Shown here piece after piece: positions 9,401 through 19,416 of a DNA stretch of 40,053 bases. The translations under genes and the position numbers were made by a program. The notes below the pieces were generated by a model, which ran no database searches, was not told the origin of the DNA, and was given only the letters and a program-made list of their open reading frames with translations. The stretch is from a virus (Duplodnaviria; Heunggongvirae; Uroviricota; Caudoviricetes), in the IMG/VR virus record IMGVR_UViG_3300042922_000906, positions 1 to 40,053 of that record. One strand, 5' to 3'. Positions within the stretch are counted from its first letter, which is position 1. Each line of letters starts with the position of its first letter.

Positions 9401-10447
9401 TTACAGACCAACTTTACTTGTATTTGTTTCTTTTACATACCCTATAGCTGCTCCATACACTAATTCAATAGCAGCCTCCTGCTTAATTATCATCTTAATT
9501 CTTTCATCTTCAGGGTCTTGTTCGGTAGATTGTCTTAATCCACCATATTCTACAACAACTAAAGGTTTTAGAGAAACAGCAGAACTGAAGAAATAACCTT
9601 CGTTGACAGGTAGTTCAACTGCACTATTTGTATCATCAGTAAATGGATTAACAAGATTAACCGCAGTTGATCTTCCAATATTCGTAATATTAAGAGCATT
9701 TAACAATTCGTCTTTTGTCTTGTCTGATAGTAACTTACTAGCTATTGAGTCAGTAGTTTGTTGCATAGCAAAATAGTCAATTAAAAGAGTATCAGCAACA
9801 AATATTGGTTTACCACCATATCCAAGCCTTGCAATTGTGGATGCAACCTTATTAAAATCAGTAAGAGTCAAATCAGCACCAGTCTTAACATTCTTTGCAG
9901 GAATCTTTCCAGATGATATTGCAGCAGCTATTACCTTATTAGCAGCAGTTAAATACAGTCTTAATTTAGCATTTGCAACATCATTAACAAGGTTTCTATA
10001 ATTTTCTACGGAGTCCTGAACCATAGCTAATGGCTCATAATAAAAACCAGTTGAAAATGTTTTAGGAATAGCAACTGTTTTCTTACCAGTTTCAATTCTT
10101 ACAAGGTCTGCACCTGTACCATTTGCAGCCCATTTTACTTTTGCCTTTGTTTTTTCAGGAACATTATAAGCATAAATATCCCCAGGCTTTGAAGGTTTAA
10201 AATCTGCAAATAAATTAAGAAGTTCAGTAGCCATAGGTTTTGCTATTTCATTTGCATTCAAAACTACTACATTATTAAACTGATGAAGCATGGAGGGGTC
10301 GGGTGATACACTACCATCACCAAAGACCTTTGAACAATACTCTCTAATATCATTTTCATCTGATACTCCTGTTGCTTTATCTTCAAGCATTTTATTATTT
10401 ACAACTCTTGAACCGAGTTCTGTAATTTTCCTTATATCGAACGCCAT
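9401..10447 (-). CDS. major capsid protein
   Basis: About 350 aa, follows protease and decoration genes, strong GGAGG RBS before MAFDIR, followed by terminator. Confidence 0.82.
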   Translation of the reverse strand: MAFDIRKITELGSRVVNNKMLEDKATGVSDENDIREYCSKVFGDGSVSPDPSMLHQFNNVVVLNANEIAKPMATELLNLFADFKPSKPGDIYAYNVPEKTKAKVKWAANGTGADLVRIETGKKTVAIPKTFSTGFYYEPLAMVQDSVENYRNLVNDVANAKLRLYLTAANKVIAAAISSGKIPAKNVKTGADLTLTDFNKVASTIARLGYGGKPIFVADTLLIDYFAMQQTTDSIASKLLSDKTKDELLNALNITNIGRSTAVNLVNPFTDDTNSAVELPVNEGYFFSSAVSLKPLVVVEYGGLRQSTEQDPEDERIKMIIKQEAAIELVYGAAIGYVKETNTSKVGL

Positions 10448-10475
10448 ATTAAATACCTCCAATTATGTATTATAT

Positions 10476-11009
10476 TTATTTAGTTACTTCTAGACGAACC
10501 AGAGTTTGCCCATCAATTGTCATTGTCTCATCGTCATTAGCTACAACTAAAAATTGATTTGCAGAAGTAGCGTAATCAGCATGAGCAGTACCAGCAGTTG
10601 AGATTATGAACTTCTTGGTTGTTACATCAAAATGTGCAACCTGTCCATTAATAAGATCAGTCACACCAGCATTTAACGTAAAAGCAGAAGTTTCAAATCT
10701 TACTCCTAACTCTAGGAATATAATTCTAGCTGCTTCTCCAACCTCATTATAAAAATCACACATCTGTTCACCATCAACATAACGTCTTTCTGGTGCGGCT
10801 ATAAGATAACCTTTTGTTGTCTTGTTAGAGAGTTGCTTTGCAATTCTTTCACCATTTGCATTGAATCCTAATTCTACAATTGTAAAATTATCAACATCTG
10901 CTGTATCAATTATTGCTCCATAGGGGAGAGTTCTTATTTTCCAACTATTTATTGAACCCACAGAGTGAGTTCCTTTAGTAATTAATGCTTTAACTAATCT
11001 TGAAGCCAT
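10476..11009 (-). CDS. capsid decoration/cement protein
   Basis: 177 aa between scaffold and capsid; DNFTIVELG motif. Confidence 0.65.
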   Translation of the reverse strand: MASRLVKALITKGTHSVGSINSWKIRTLPYGAIIDTADVDNFTIVELGFNANGERIAKQLSNKTTKGYLIAAPERRYVDGEQMCDFYNEVGEAARIIFLELGVRFETSAFTLNAGVTDLINGQVAHFDVTTKKFIISTAGTAHADYATSANQFLVVANDDETMTIDGQTLVRLEVTK

Positions 11010-11041
11010 ATTATATTACCTCCTAATATTATAATGTTTAG

Positions 11042-12544
11042 TTAAATACCATATCTACTCTCAAAATCTGAGTTTGTTGGTATTAAATTTTGTTGTTTAC
11101 TTGCCACTTCTTTTACTACTAGTTGTCTATCATCTGATTTAATTTGAACCATATCAACCAATATAGTATTAAGAGATAGAATCGCACTCGTTCCTTCTTC
11201 ATTTTCATTAATGGATTTTTTAATTAAATCTTGGATTTCATCAGAGTCAAATTTATCCATAGCATTTACAGCTTTAAACTTAGTAGAATAATATTCTTTC
11301 TTTGAATTAACGGCTTTTTCTATTGATTCAGAATTAAACTGATCGACAATGGGCGCCATTTCATCAATTTTTGTATTTAATGACGTGATTTTTCCTGTAG
11401 CATCATTAAGCTGTTTCGTGATGTCATTGTTGTTAATAGTAAGAGAAGCAACTGTTTCATTTGCTGTATTTAGCTGAGTAGTTAAATCATCAACTTTAAT
11501 ATTAAGTTCATTAATAGATTGTTCCATGACTCCAACTTCAACCCATACAGTATCTCTTTCAACCTGTGTTTGATTAGCCAAATCAATGAAAACTTCTGTT
11601 TCTGTTTTGGTATAAGATAATTTAAAATTGACGTATTTATCACTTACATAGTTTTCATAAACAAAGTAAGTATCATAAATAGCATAATTTGAAACCCATA
11701 CATATCTAAACTCATCAGCAGTCATTGTTTTGGATAATGCAGTCATTATTTGTTCTCTTATATCTCCATGTGATAGCTCACACAAAGCTTTATAAAACAT
11801 ATTTTCATTCACCGATTTATCCTCCTTTTGGATGTTATTTATATAATCAACATCGTTTGATGTTTTTTGATTATTTTGTTTAATTGATTGTGCAATAGCC
11901 TTTTGCCATCTTTCATTTAATGACATTAATTTTGAAGAATCATAAGCAGGAGGTATTATTTTTGAACCATTCTCTCCTGAACCAAGAACTGCATGTCCTG
12001 AAAAAAGTAATGGGCTTTTAATAATTTGAACACCATCATTAACCTCATAATTTTTATAGTAATATTCACATGAACTAAATAACGGTAATCCACTATCGTA
12101 AATCTCGTTAATTAGCTGTAAAATTTCAACATTTCTATCTTTCCAACAATAAAAATCTGCCATTAATAATTCGATATCATTTCCTTGCTCATCTTTGATT
12201 GTTTCAAAGTAACCACATTCTAAAGCAGTTCCTATAGCAGTTGAATTCGAACCAACATATTCATTACCATATCTATCTATTTTTATTGCTTCACCATGAT
12301 CTCCAAAATGATCATCAGGATTATTAATATCAATAGTTGGATAATAAACGCAAACAAGAGGCTTACCTTTTACAGATGGAGCAGCTTCAATGGCCAATTC
12401 TTTTGGAATTATTTGTTTATTTCCGCTAACATTAAAATCAATCATACTAAATGTTAATTTTAATAATAGGGGGTCGTTATCAACTGATTTAATTGAATTT
12501 AATTGGAGTTTACATATACCTTTTGTCATTTCATCAATGTTCAT
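11042..12544 (-). CDS. prohead maturation protease fused to scaffold
   Basis: N-terminal FGDHG..SCEY..FSGHAVLG..PAY protease-like domain, C-terminal coiled coil; synteny. Confidence 0.75.
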   Translation of the reverse strand: MNIDEMTKGICKLQLNSIKSVDNDPLLLKLTFSMIDFNVSGNKQIIPKELAIEAAPSVKGKPLVCVYYPTIDINNPDDHFGDHGEAIKIDRYGNEYVGSNSTAIGTALECGYFETIKDEQGNDIELLMADFYCWKDRNVEILQLINEIYDSGLPLFSSCEYYYKNYEVNDGVQIIKSPLLFSGHAVLGSGENGSKIIPPAYDSSKLMSLNERWQKAIAQSIKQNNQKTSNDVDYINNIQKEDKSVNENMFYKALCELSHGDIREQIMTALSKTMTADEFRYVWVSNYAIYDTYFVYENYVSDKYVNFKLSYTKTETEVFIDLANQTQVERDTVWVEVGVMEQSINELNIKVDDLTTQLNTANETVASLTINNNDITKQLNDATGKITSLNTKIDEMAPIVDQFNSESIEKAVNSKKEYYSTKFKAVNAMDKFDSDEIQDLIKKSINENEEGTSAILSLNTILVDMVQIKSDDRQLVVKEVASKQQNLIPTNSDFESRYGI

Positions 12545-12716
12545 TATTTGTTGTCACCTCCAATCTCTTTCCAAAACAGGTCTGTAATTTCTATAATTGA
12601 CATTTTTTCAAACCCATCAATAGGCTTAATTAATCTACAACCATTAAAAGATATAATTACGTTACATTTATTTTTGAATACTAAAATATCACTTTTCTTA
12701 ATCATTATGTCACCAC

Positions 12717-14249
12717 CTACGATTGAGGAATTGCATTTCCATCGTTCGTTTTACTTCTTTGAGTATTTTCGTTATCAGGATTGTCAATAGCTGTCCTGCC
12801 ATTATTTGTGTCAGTTTTGCTTATTGTTGAAAAAGTTTGTGGTGGTATAATTTTTTCACGTAATTTAAGTGTTTCAATCTCATATAAGGATTGTAGATAA
12901 TATTCTTCCCATGAAATATCACTAATGCAATCAATAATGGCTTTTGTAGAATATCCCTGTCCCTGAAGAGATTTCAATGCATCAAGTTTATCTTTTAGGC
13001 TTAAAGGGGCTTCTTTATCAAAGACAATTCTATAATCATCTGAAGTATAATTAGGTAAAATTATGTTCAGAAATTTGCTCCATATTTGATCTTCAATTTC
13101 TTCAAGCAAAACAGCAATTTTCTTGTAGAAAACTTCAAAATTGATCTTACCTGAAGCAAAATTGCCACCTGTACCATCTTTCATCGTTCCACCAGTACCA
13201 AGACTTGAATTAATATCGGAGTTTATTGTCTCGAACTTTTTAGGGTCAAGTGCATCCGCTTTTGTATCATTAAATTCCAAATCTGACCACTCGGGAATAG
13301 CTATTACTGGAGTACCCGTTTTTTCATTATCAGATAATGCGTTTTTAACACCTGCAACAACTTTCTTTTTAAGTGGGGAAGGAGGATTTGGCGTTTTTTC
13401 ATTGCCAAGTTTAAGTATTGCAACAGCGCGAATAATTTTATTAGCAATTGCGACTTCCATATCTTTAAGTTTTTTCTTATGAGTTATATCCATCAGTCCT
13501 TGCGTAGCCCAAGGTATACCTAATCTTTGATTTCTCTTTGTGGTATGGGTTCTTATTACACAAGTTCTTTCTTGAGGTAATTCAATATATCTATAATTTT
13601 GATTATCAATTAAATATTTTTCATAATCCGATTTATCAACATATGGAGATAAATTTCCCCAAATATCTTCTCGTTCGTCTTCTTTCATATTTGAGAACCA
13701 AGATAAATCTAACCATGCTATCCATTCACCATTTTTTCTATATGCAGGAAATATATATTCAAGATTATCAAAAGTATAAAAGTAAGGATTTTTCTTATCT
13801 CCAAGCCACATTCCAACCAAAGTTCCAGCTGTAATTTCTTGTCCAATTATATCTCTTGTTAAGGTACGATATTTGACTTTATTAAGCATCTTATTAATAA
13901 GAAGAATATTTTTTTCATAACTTTTTGACTTATTATAGACTTCAATTTTATGATTAAGGGTAGGAAGTACTTTTGCCAGATCAAATTGTTGGAAGACATC
14001 ACCATTAGAAATATAAAAATATTGAGAAATATTTTCTAATTGCTGATGATACCTGTCTGGATTAGCAAACCATTTAACTAAATCTTCTGTTTTAACTTCT
14101 TTTATAATTCCATCATAAAATACTTTACTTATAAACCCTTCAACTACATTATGCGTGTAATCTTGATATGTGTTATTTTGTTTTTCAACTTCTTGCTCAG
14201 GGAGCAGAGGAGAAGTAACTTTTTTTGTTCTTGACAAGTGAAATGTCAC
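12717..14249 (-). CDS. portal protein
   Basis: 510 aa directly downstream of terminase. Confidence 0.82.
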   Translation of the reverse strand: MTFHLSRTKKVTSPLLPEQEVEKQNNTYQDYTHNVVEGFISKVFYDGIIKEVKTEDLVKWFANPDRYHQQLENISQYFYISNGDVFQQFDLAKVLPTLNHKIEVYNKSKSYEKNILLINKMLNKVKYRTLTRDIIGQEITAGTLVGMWLGDKKNPYFYTFDNLEYIFPAYRKNGEWIAWLDLSWFSNMKEDEREDIWGNLSPYVDKSDYEKYLIDNQNYRYIELPQERTCVIRTHTTKRNQRLGIPWATQGLMDITHKKKLKDMEVAIANKIIRAVAILKLGNEKTPNPPSPLKKKVVAGVKNALSDNEKTGTPVIAIPEWSDLEFNDTKADALDPKKFETINSDINSSLGTGGTMKDGTGGNFASGKINFEVFYKKIAVLLEEIEDQIWSKFLNIILPNYTSDDYRIVFDKEAPLSLKDKLDALKSLQGQGYSTKAIIDCISDISWEEYYLQSLYEIETLKLREKIIPPQTFSTISKTDTNNGRTAIDNPDNENTQRSKTNDGNAIPQS

Positions 14250-14285
14250 CTCCTTTGTGCATATTATTTATTATAATATTTTATT

Positions 14286-16091
14286 TTACCAATAGACCAT
14301 TGGGTCGTCCTCATCATATTCATCCATAGGTTTTAACAAATCTAATTCTAATAATGAAATAAAATAATTACCATATGAACTACTTGTATAACGGTCTTTT
14401 CTTGCAGTACCCACTGTTTCTAATTTAATATATCCACCAGAAAAAGAATACTCAAGATTAATAGATTCATTTACTAATAGCATTGTTTCAATATACGGTT
14501 TAATAAACCATGCATTTAAATTAACATCTTGACTACGTGAATATTCTTTATTATATTTTGATAAGTATTCTTCGGCATCACTGTCTTCAATTAAAAAACT
14601 GCACATACTTCTCTGTAATTTATCTCGAAAATCAACTGCTATATCATTATTCAATTTAGAATTTGCCAATATAGGATATATAATCGGTTTTGCGTTTACC
14701 GCTAATGTTTTCTGCTGTAATTCATCGATTAATTTTTTGTCAAGCGATTTGTGTTCGAAAACTGTAAAAGCCTCATATTCAATTCCGCGCTCCTCATCTT
14801 TAGTGATGGTTGCTAATCTTTCAAATACTGTAATACCTGCTTGTTGAAGGTCAAGTACTATGTAATCTGCTTCAAAATCATAATAGATTTGTTTTATTCG
14901 TAATGACTGTTTCCCTGTATGCTCACCTTGATGCGATTCGATATAAACAAATTCTCTTTCATAACCTTTGGCTGTTGGTAATCCTCTGATACACGATATA
15001 ATAGTATTATCGTTATTTGACCCTTTTCGTGTTGCTATATCTACACTAACAATCCGTATCTCACCATCAACTTTTTTTATATCATATGGATTTTTCTTTT
15101 TATCAAGTATATCACTTCGCAAAGGATAGAATGACTTTTTTAGATTTCTATTTTTTTTAAACATGTCAAGTTTAAAATAGGAATTACTATTTTCACCCCA
15201 AGGGATATTTTCATACTCTTCAAGAAAAGTAATTTCATCCATAGTTGATCTGTCTCTTGCGATAGCTTTTTTTGTTTTAATATTGTGCTTAATTGCAAGT
15301 AGATAATCAAAAGCAATAAAGCCAGCTTCTTCACCTTTTAACATCATTTTTATGGTATCCAAAGTTTCTTTATACCACCATAAACCTTTATGGTATGCTG
15401 AAGATATTAATACCTGTCTTGGCTCTTCAACCAATTCTTTAACATTTTCATATTTGGGATTTTTTAAAAAAGGTGCTTGTCTAGCATATGCAAATGGTTT
15501 TACTATACTATCAAACTTTTGCTTATCCATAATTCGAAATTCTTCACCAATAGTAAAAGTTGAACGCTCTCCACGGCCACTTTCTTGACAAGCAACGACC
15601 TTAACTGTAGAACCATTATGTAATACGCACTTACAATTATTTTGAGTATCCGAAAAATCCTGAACTTCTCTTGCAATATTTGGATAATCGTCTTTCAATC
15701 TTGCCATTTTTCCAAATATAATTGCTGCCTGTTTCATAGAAGCTGCAACAATTACTATTTCAGAATTGGGATACAGACATGCTCTGGCATAAGCTAATAA
15801 TGCTATTAACCATGATTTGGCTGAAGCCCTCGAAGCAATTGTAACAAAACTTTCGCATATACTCATAAAGTATATCCAAACAATCTGATACCAAAATAAT
15901 TGAACTCCAAAATAGTGTTGAATAAATCTATGAATATTTCGTCTATAGAAAGTAATCCAATCTATAAGGTTATCTTGCCATTGCTCATTTCTGTCTTTTT
16001 CTTTTGTCATAGATTTTGGAGCTTTAAATAGATTAGAATGACCTGCATATTTTTTAAAATTATTTTCATAATTAGTGTACGATCTAGCCAT
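14286..16091 (-). CDS. terL: terminase large subunit
   Basis: Walker A-like ASRASAKSW, RGERSTFTIGEEFR Walker B, ISSAY coupling motif, SVDIA and RKDRYTS nuclease motifs. Confidence 0.92.
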   Translation of the reverse strand: MARSYTNYENNFKKYAGHSNLFKAPKSMTKEKDRNEQWQDNLIDWITFYRRNIHRFIQHYFGVQLFWYQIVWIYFMSICESFVTIASRASAKSWLIALLAYARACLYPNSEIVIVAASMKQAAIIFGKMARLKDDYPNIAREVQDFSDTQNNCKCVLHNGSTVKVVACQESGRGERSTFTIGEEFRIMDKQKFDSIVKPFAYARQAPFLKNPKYENVKELVEEPRQVLISSAYHKGLWWYKETLDTIKMMLKGEEAGFIAFDYLLAIKHNIKTKKAIARDRSTMDEITFLEEYENIPWGENSNSYFKLDMFKKNRNLKKSFYPLRSDILDKKKNPYDIKKVDGEIRIVSVDIATRKGSNNDNTIISCIRGLPTAKGYEREFVYIESHQGEHTGKQSLRIKQIYYDFEADYIVLDLQQAGITVFERLATITKDEERGIEYEAFTVFEHKSLDKKLIDELQQKTLAVNAKPIIYPILANSKLNNDIAVDFRDKLQRSMCSFLIEDSDAEEYLSKYNKEYSRSQDVNLNAWFIKPYIETMLLVNESINLEYSFSGGYIKLETVGTARKDRYTSSSYGNYFISLLELDLLKPMDEYDEDDPMVYW

Positions 16092-17064
16092 TAGTATCAC
16101 CTTCTACATTGCCAACATCGACACTATCCAAATCAGCATCAATGTTATCATCAACAAGGAAATTCCTCACTCCAGTTAAGAAATTTTCTATTGGGCGAAC
16201 AATGTAGTTTTTTATATAAGGTATAAATCCATCCATATCCTTATATTTCTCTTGTTGGTCAAACCATTCAGCAGGTCTAAATTGTTCTATATCTTTAACC
16301 CATATTCCAAATGCATCGTGTGATTTTCCAGCACTTGCAGCATTAGCTTTGGCAGGGTCGACCGAAGCTGTCTTCATTAAGTCTTGAAGTTCTTTTTGAA
16401 GATTCCCAACAGAATCTTTGTTTTCTCTCGCTTTTCGAATTTCTAGGATTTTAATGCAAATTTCTCTTAAAAGAGTTAGTTCTGCTTGATTGTCACATTT
16501 ATGAGTTTTCTTCCAGTTTGATAATTCTGTTTCGAGGAAAATATAATCATCTATATCATCAAAACCTTTACCCCAAAATAAAAGGAAATCTTCATCAATG
16601 TTTTCATCAATAAAGATTTCTTTATCATCAATCAAATAATCACTATCTTTGTATCTAAAGGATTGCATGCCTGAGTTTTTCTTTCCAGTTGAGCTAAGTT
16701 TACTTTTGTATGTACCAAATACTTTATCTATATTTTTACCTTTGGTCATAGCAGTTTCAAGTTGCGATTGAACCTGTTTAATTGCCTCTTTACTTAATCT
16801 AACATCTAAATCTTGACAAGTAAGCTGCAATGCAACTTCAAAATTATTATAAATTTTAAAATAATCATCAAATAAGCCATTACAACAATCGCTGCATATA
16901 GACATTTTCCCATTTGCATCTAGTACGGCATTCGTAGCATCGTAGAATTTATCAAGACTAATTGTTCTTTGACATTTTCTACAATATCCTTGACCAGACA
17001 CAGGTTTATTAAGTCTGGAATTATTACTTTGTCTAGCCAATTTATTCAACTCCTTTAATTCCAT
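16084..17064 (-). CDS. putative terminase small subunit (YonG-like) with N-terminal Zn-finger
   Basis: CRKC...CSDC; overlaps terL start; true start may be the TTG at 17043. Confidence 0.6.
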   Translation of the reverse strand: MELKELNKLARQSNNSRLNKPVSGQGYCRKCQRTISLDKFYDATNAVLDANGKMSICSDCCNGLFDDYFKIYNNFEVALQLTCQDLDVRLSKEAIKQVQSQLETAMTKGKNIDKVFGTYKSKLSSTGKKNSGMQSFRYKDSDYLIDDKEIFIDENIDEDFLLFWGKGFDDIDDYIFLETELSNWKKTHKCDNQAELTLLREICIKILEIRKARENKDSVGNLQKELQDLMKTASVDPAKANAASAGKSHDAFGIWVKDIEQFRPAEWFDQQEKYKDMDGFIPYIKNYIVRPIENFLTGVRNFLVDDNIDADLDSVDVGNVEGDTNG

Positions 17065-17103
17065 TTTTGCATTCAGGATATAAAATCAACCTTTTATATT
17101 CTT

Positions 17104-17295
17104 TTAGTTTAATTTTAAATTATATAAATGATAATTCTGATCTTTACGAATTTCTGACCAAAATATTTTACGACACTCAGTATCGCAAAACTCACCAGAA
17201 TTAATTATAGTTCCACATTGTTTACATATTTTAATTTTTATATCTTCCATAACTTTATCTCCATTAATTATTTTAGCGCCATTTTCAAGGCACAA
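17104..17295 (-). CDS. small Zn-ribbon hypothetical protein
   Basis: CKQCG..FCDTEC. Confidence 0.45.
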   Translation of the reverse strand: MCLENGAKIINGDKVMEDIKIKICKQCGTIINSGEFCDTECRKIFWSEIRKDQNYHLYNLKLN

Positions 17296-17341
17296 TAAAA
17301 CCCCTACAAAAATGAATAGGGGTTCAATCTACTTTGAAATA

Positions 17342-17668
17342 TTACTCTTCAAGCAAGTTAACAATCTCTTCAAAAAATTCTTCAAGAATTCTTTGTATAC
17401 ATGATTCGCAGCCCTCTGTAGCTATAATCATATCTTTGTAATCTTCAATGATATCTGAAATAGTTTCATCTTCTTCACCGAATTCACACTGATCACAATT
17501 TCCTTCACATTCAAAATCTATATCAGCTTCTTCATCAAGAATCTCAACTTGATCACCTGATACATCTTCAAAATCTTCCGCAGAGACTTCTTCACCGTTA
17601 ATAAAATATCTTTGAGCAACTAACTCATGAGTTTCATTATCATAATAGAACTTAATCGACGTTTCCAT
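17342..17668 (-). CDS. highly acidic hypothetical protein with Cys pairs
   Basis: ORF track; D/E-rich; CEGNCDQC. Confidence 0.65.
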   Translation of the reverse strand: METSIKFYYDNETHELVAQRYFINGEEVSAEDFEDVSGDQVEILDEEADIDFECEGNCDQCEFGEEDETISDIIEDYKDMIIATEGCESCIQRILEEFFEEIVNLLEE

Positions 17669-17702
17669 ATATGTGCCGTTTAACCTTTCAGTTTATAATG
17701 TT

Positions 17703-18941
17703 TTAGTTTAAAAATTTCAAATCATTAATATATTTCTTACCATAACCCTTACGTACAATAAACATAGTAGCACCTGCATCGGAAGTCTTTTTAATGTCTT
17801 TAGAAAAATCATTAATTCCCATTAATGATCTAACTTGAATGACTTCCTTACCTTTAGCTACTTCAAATTCATTTTTACTATGAAGATGTCCAACACAGAA
17901 ATAATCTACAGAAATTTTATAGGTATCCTCATAATCAGATATACTATTTTTTAAATTTCCTTCTTTATTTCCATGTGCTGTTAAAAAGCTAAATCCGTTG
18001 ATACTAAAATAATTTAAACCATCAAGACTATCATGTATTGTTACATTAGGATTATTTTTAAACATTTTCTTTAGACTTCTTGTATAGACTCTTTCTAAGT
18101 TCTCATGTGGAAAATCACCTTTTTTACCTGTAAGTAACCTTAAATCAGAATGATTTCCTTCAGATGTGTAGAAGTCTATTACAAAACCAGATTTGCTTAA
18201 AGAAAACAACCACTCTTCAATAAAATCAGCATAATCCATAATATCGTCAACAATATTACCTTTTACTGATTTTAACTGACTTATATGCAGTAACCCTTCG
18301 ATAGAGTCACCCAAATCAACCAAAGACAAATGTTTTGTATTATATTTTTTACCAAAATCAATTAATTCATCTCTATATTCAATCATTCGTTTCTTAAATA
18401 TATCTGGATTATATTCATTAATTATTTCGCCCAAAAATCCTTTAATAGAAAACTCACAACCATAATGAGGGTCGGCAAAAGCACTAAACATTTTATCTGT
18501 ATCATCATTAATAGTAATAGGTAAGGGAAGTGGCCTATTTTTCTTTAGAATCAACTTATCAACCGCTTCATCAATTCTTTCAAAAAATAATTCCATTCTT
18601 GATTGTTCTCTCAACCATGTACTATATTCATTCTTTTCATCTCTAAGTTTTTGACGTTCCTTAAAAATATCTCTTTGTGCCAAATTTATTTGTTTTACAA
18701 TATTATCTTCTGATAGTTGACTAGAAACCAGCCTATCTTTTAAATATTTGTAAATTGCATACCCACCATACTCGGAAGGCTGCATAGCTTTCCTTAGAGA
18801 ATCATAATGGCATGTGAATCCACAATAATTTACAATATCAGACCAATCTAAATCTTCAGGCTTTTCTTCTATTTTGATTTCTGTTAACCTCAGTAAGTAA
18901 TCTATTGTAGATTCGTCCTCTTTTCGTAGAAATCTACTCAA
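17703..18941 (-). CDS. calcineurin-like metallophosphoesterase
   Basis: Motifs ADPH (DxH), LGD, EGNH, AHG, VGHLH. Confidence 0.88.
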   Translation of the reverse strand: MSRFLRKEDESTIDYLLRLTEIKIEEKPEDLDWSDIVNYCGFTCHYDSLRKAMQPSEYGGYAIYKYLKDRLVSSQLSEDNIVKQINLAQRDIFKERQKLRDEKNEYSTWLREQSRMELFFERIDEAVDKLILKKNRPLPLPITINDDTDKMFSAFADPHYGCEFSIKGFLGEIINEYNPDIFKKRMIEYRDELIDFGKKYNTKHLSLVDLGDSIEGLLHISQLKSVKGNIVDDIMDYADFIEEWLFSLSKSGFVIDFYTSEGNHSDLRLLTGKKGDFPHENLERVYTRSLKKMFKNNPNVTIHDSLDGLNYFSINGFSFLTAHGNKEGNLKNSISDYEDTYKISVDYFCVGHLHSKNEFEVAKGKEVIQVRSLMGINDFSKDIKKTSDAGATMFIVRKGYGKKYINDLKFLN

Positions 18942-19011
18942 ATATTTATACCTCGTAATTATTTTTAAAACCCCATCATCGACCAGTAAAATAGGGGAGG
19001 AGAGCTTTAAA

Positions 19012-19326
19012 TTACTTAATCTCTTTCGAATTAATACTTGACTTACCCTTGATTTTTATAGTGGCATCTGCTGCACCATTTGCTGTTAAACTAATCACGA
19101 TACTAGATATTAGATACAAAACAACATCAAATAAGTTAAAGGTTCCGCTTTGAATATTTACTAATATCTGTAATACAAACGCAACTAAGATACTCACTAA
19201 TCTTGTAGGGACATTTATTAATTTAGGTAATTCTTTTATTACCTGCACAATCAAAAATGTTATACCAACAAACATTGAGTAATTTGCAAGCATATCCCAT
19301 GTAATAAAGCCATTAATTTCTTGCAT
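19012..19326 (-). CDS. holin
   Basis: 104 aa, three hydrophobic segments, FITWDML..VQVIKEL..PTRLVS..SLTANG pattern of clostridial phage holins. Confidence 0.7.
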   Translation of the reverse strand: MQEINGFITWDMLANYSMFVGITFLIVQVIKELPKLINVPTRLVSILVAFVLQILVNIQSGTFNLFDVVLYLISSIVISLTANGAADATIKIKGKSSINSKEIK

Positions 19327-19371
19327 ACGTATTACCTTCTTTCTTAAATCAAAAAACTTTTGAATAAAAAT

Positions 19372-19397
19372 AGGGAACTGGTAGTTTACCGTTCCCG
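19372..19397 (-). terminator. intrinsic terminator
   Basis: gggaac-tggtagtttacc-gttccc hairpin with T-tail on the minus strand. Confidence 0.65.
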
Positions 19398-19416
19398 TTA
19401 AAATTGATTTTTTATA

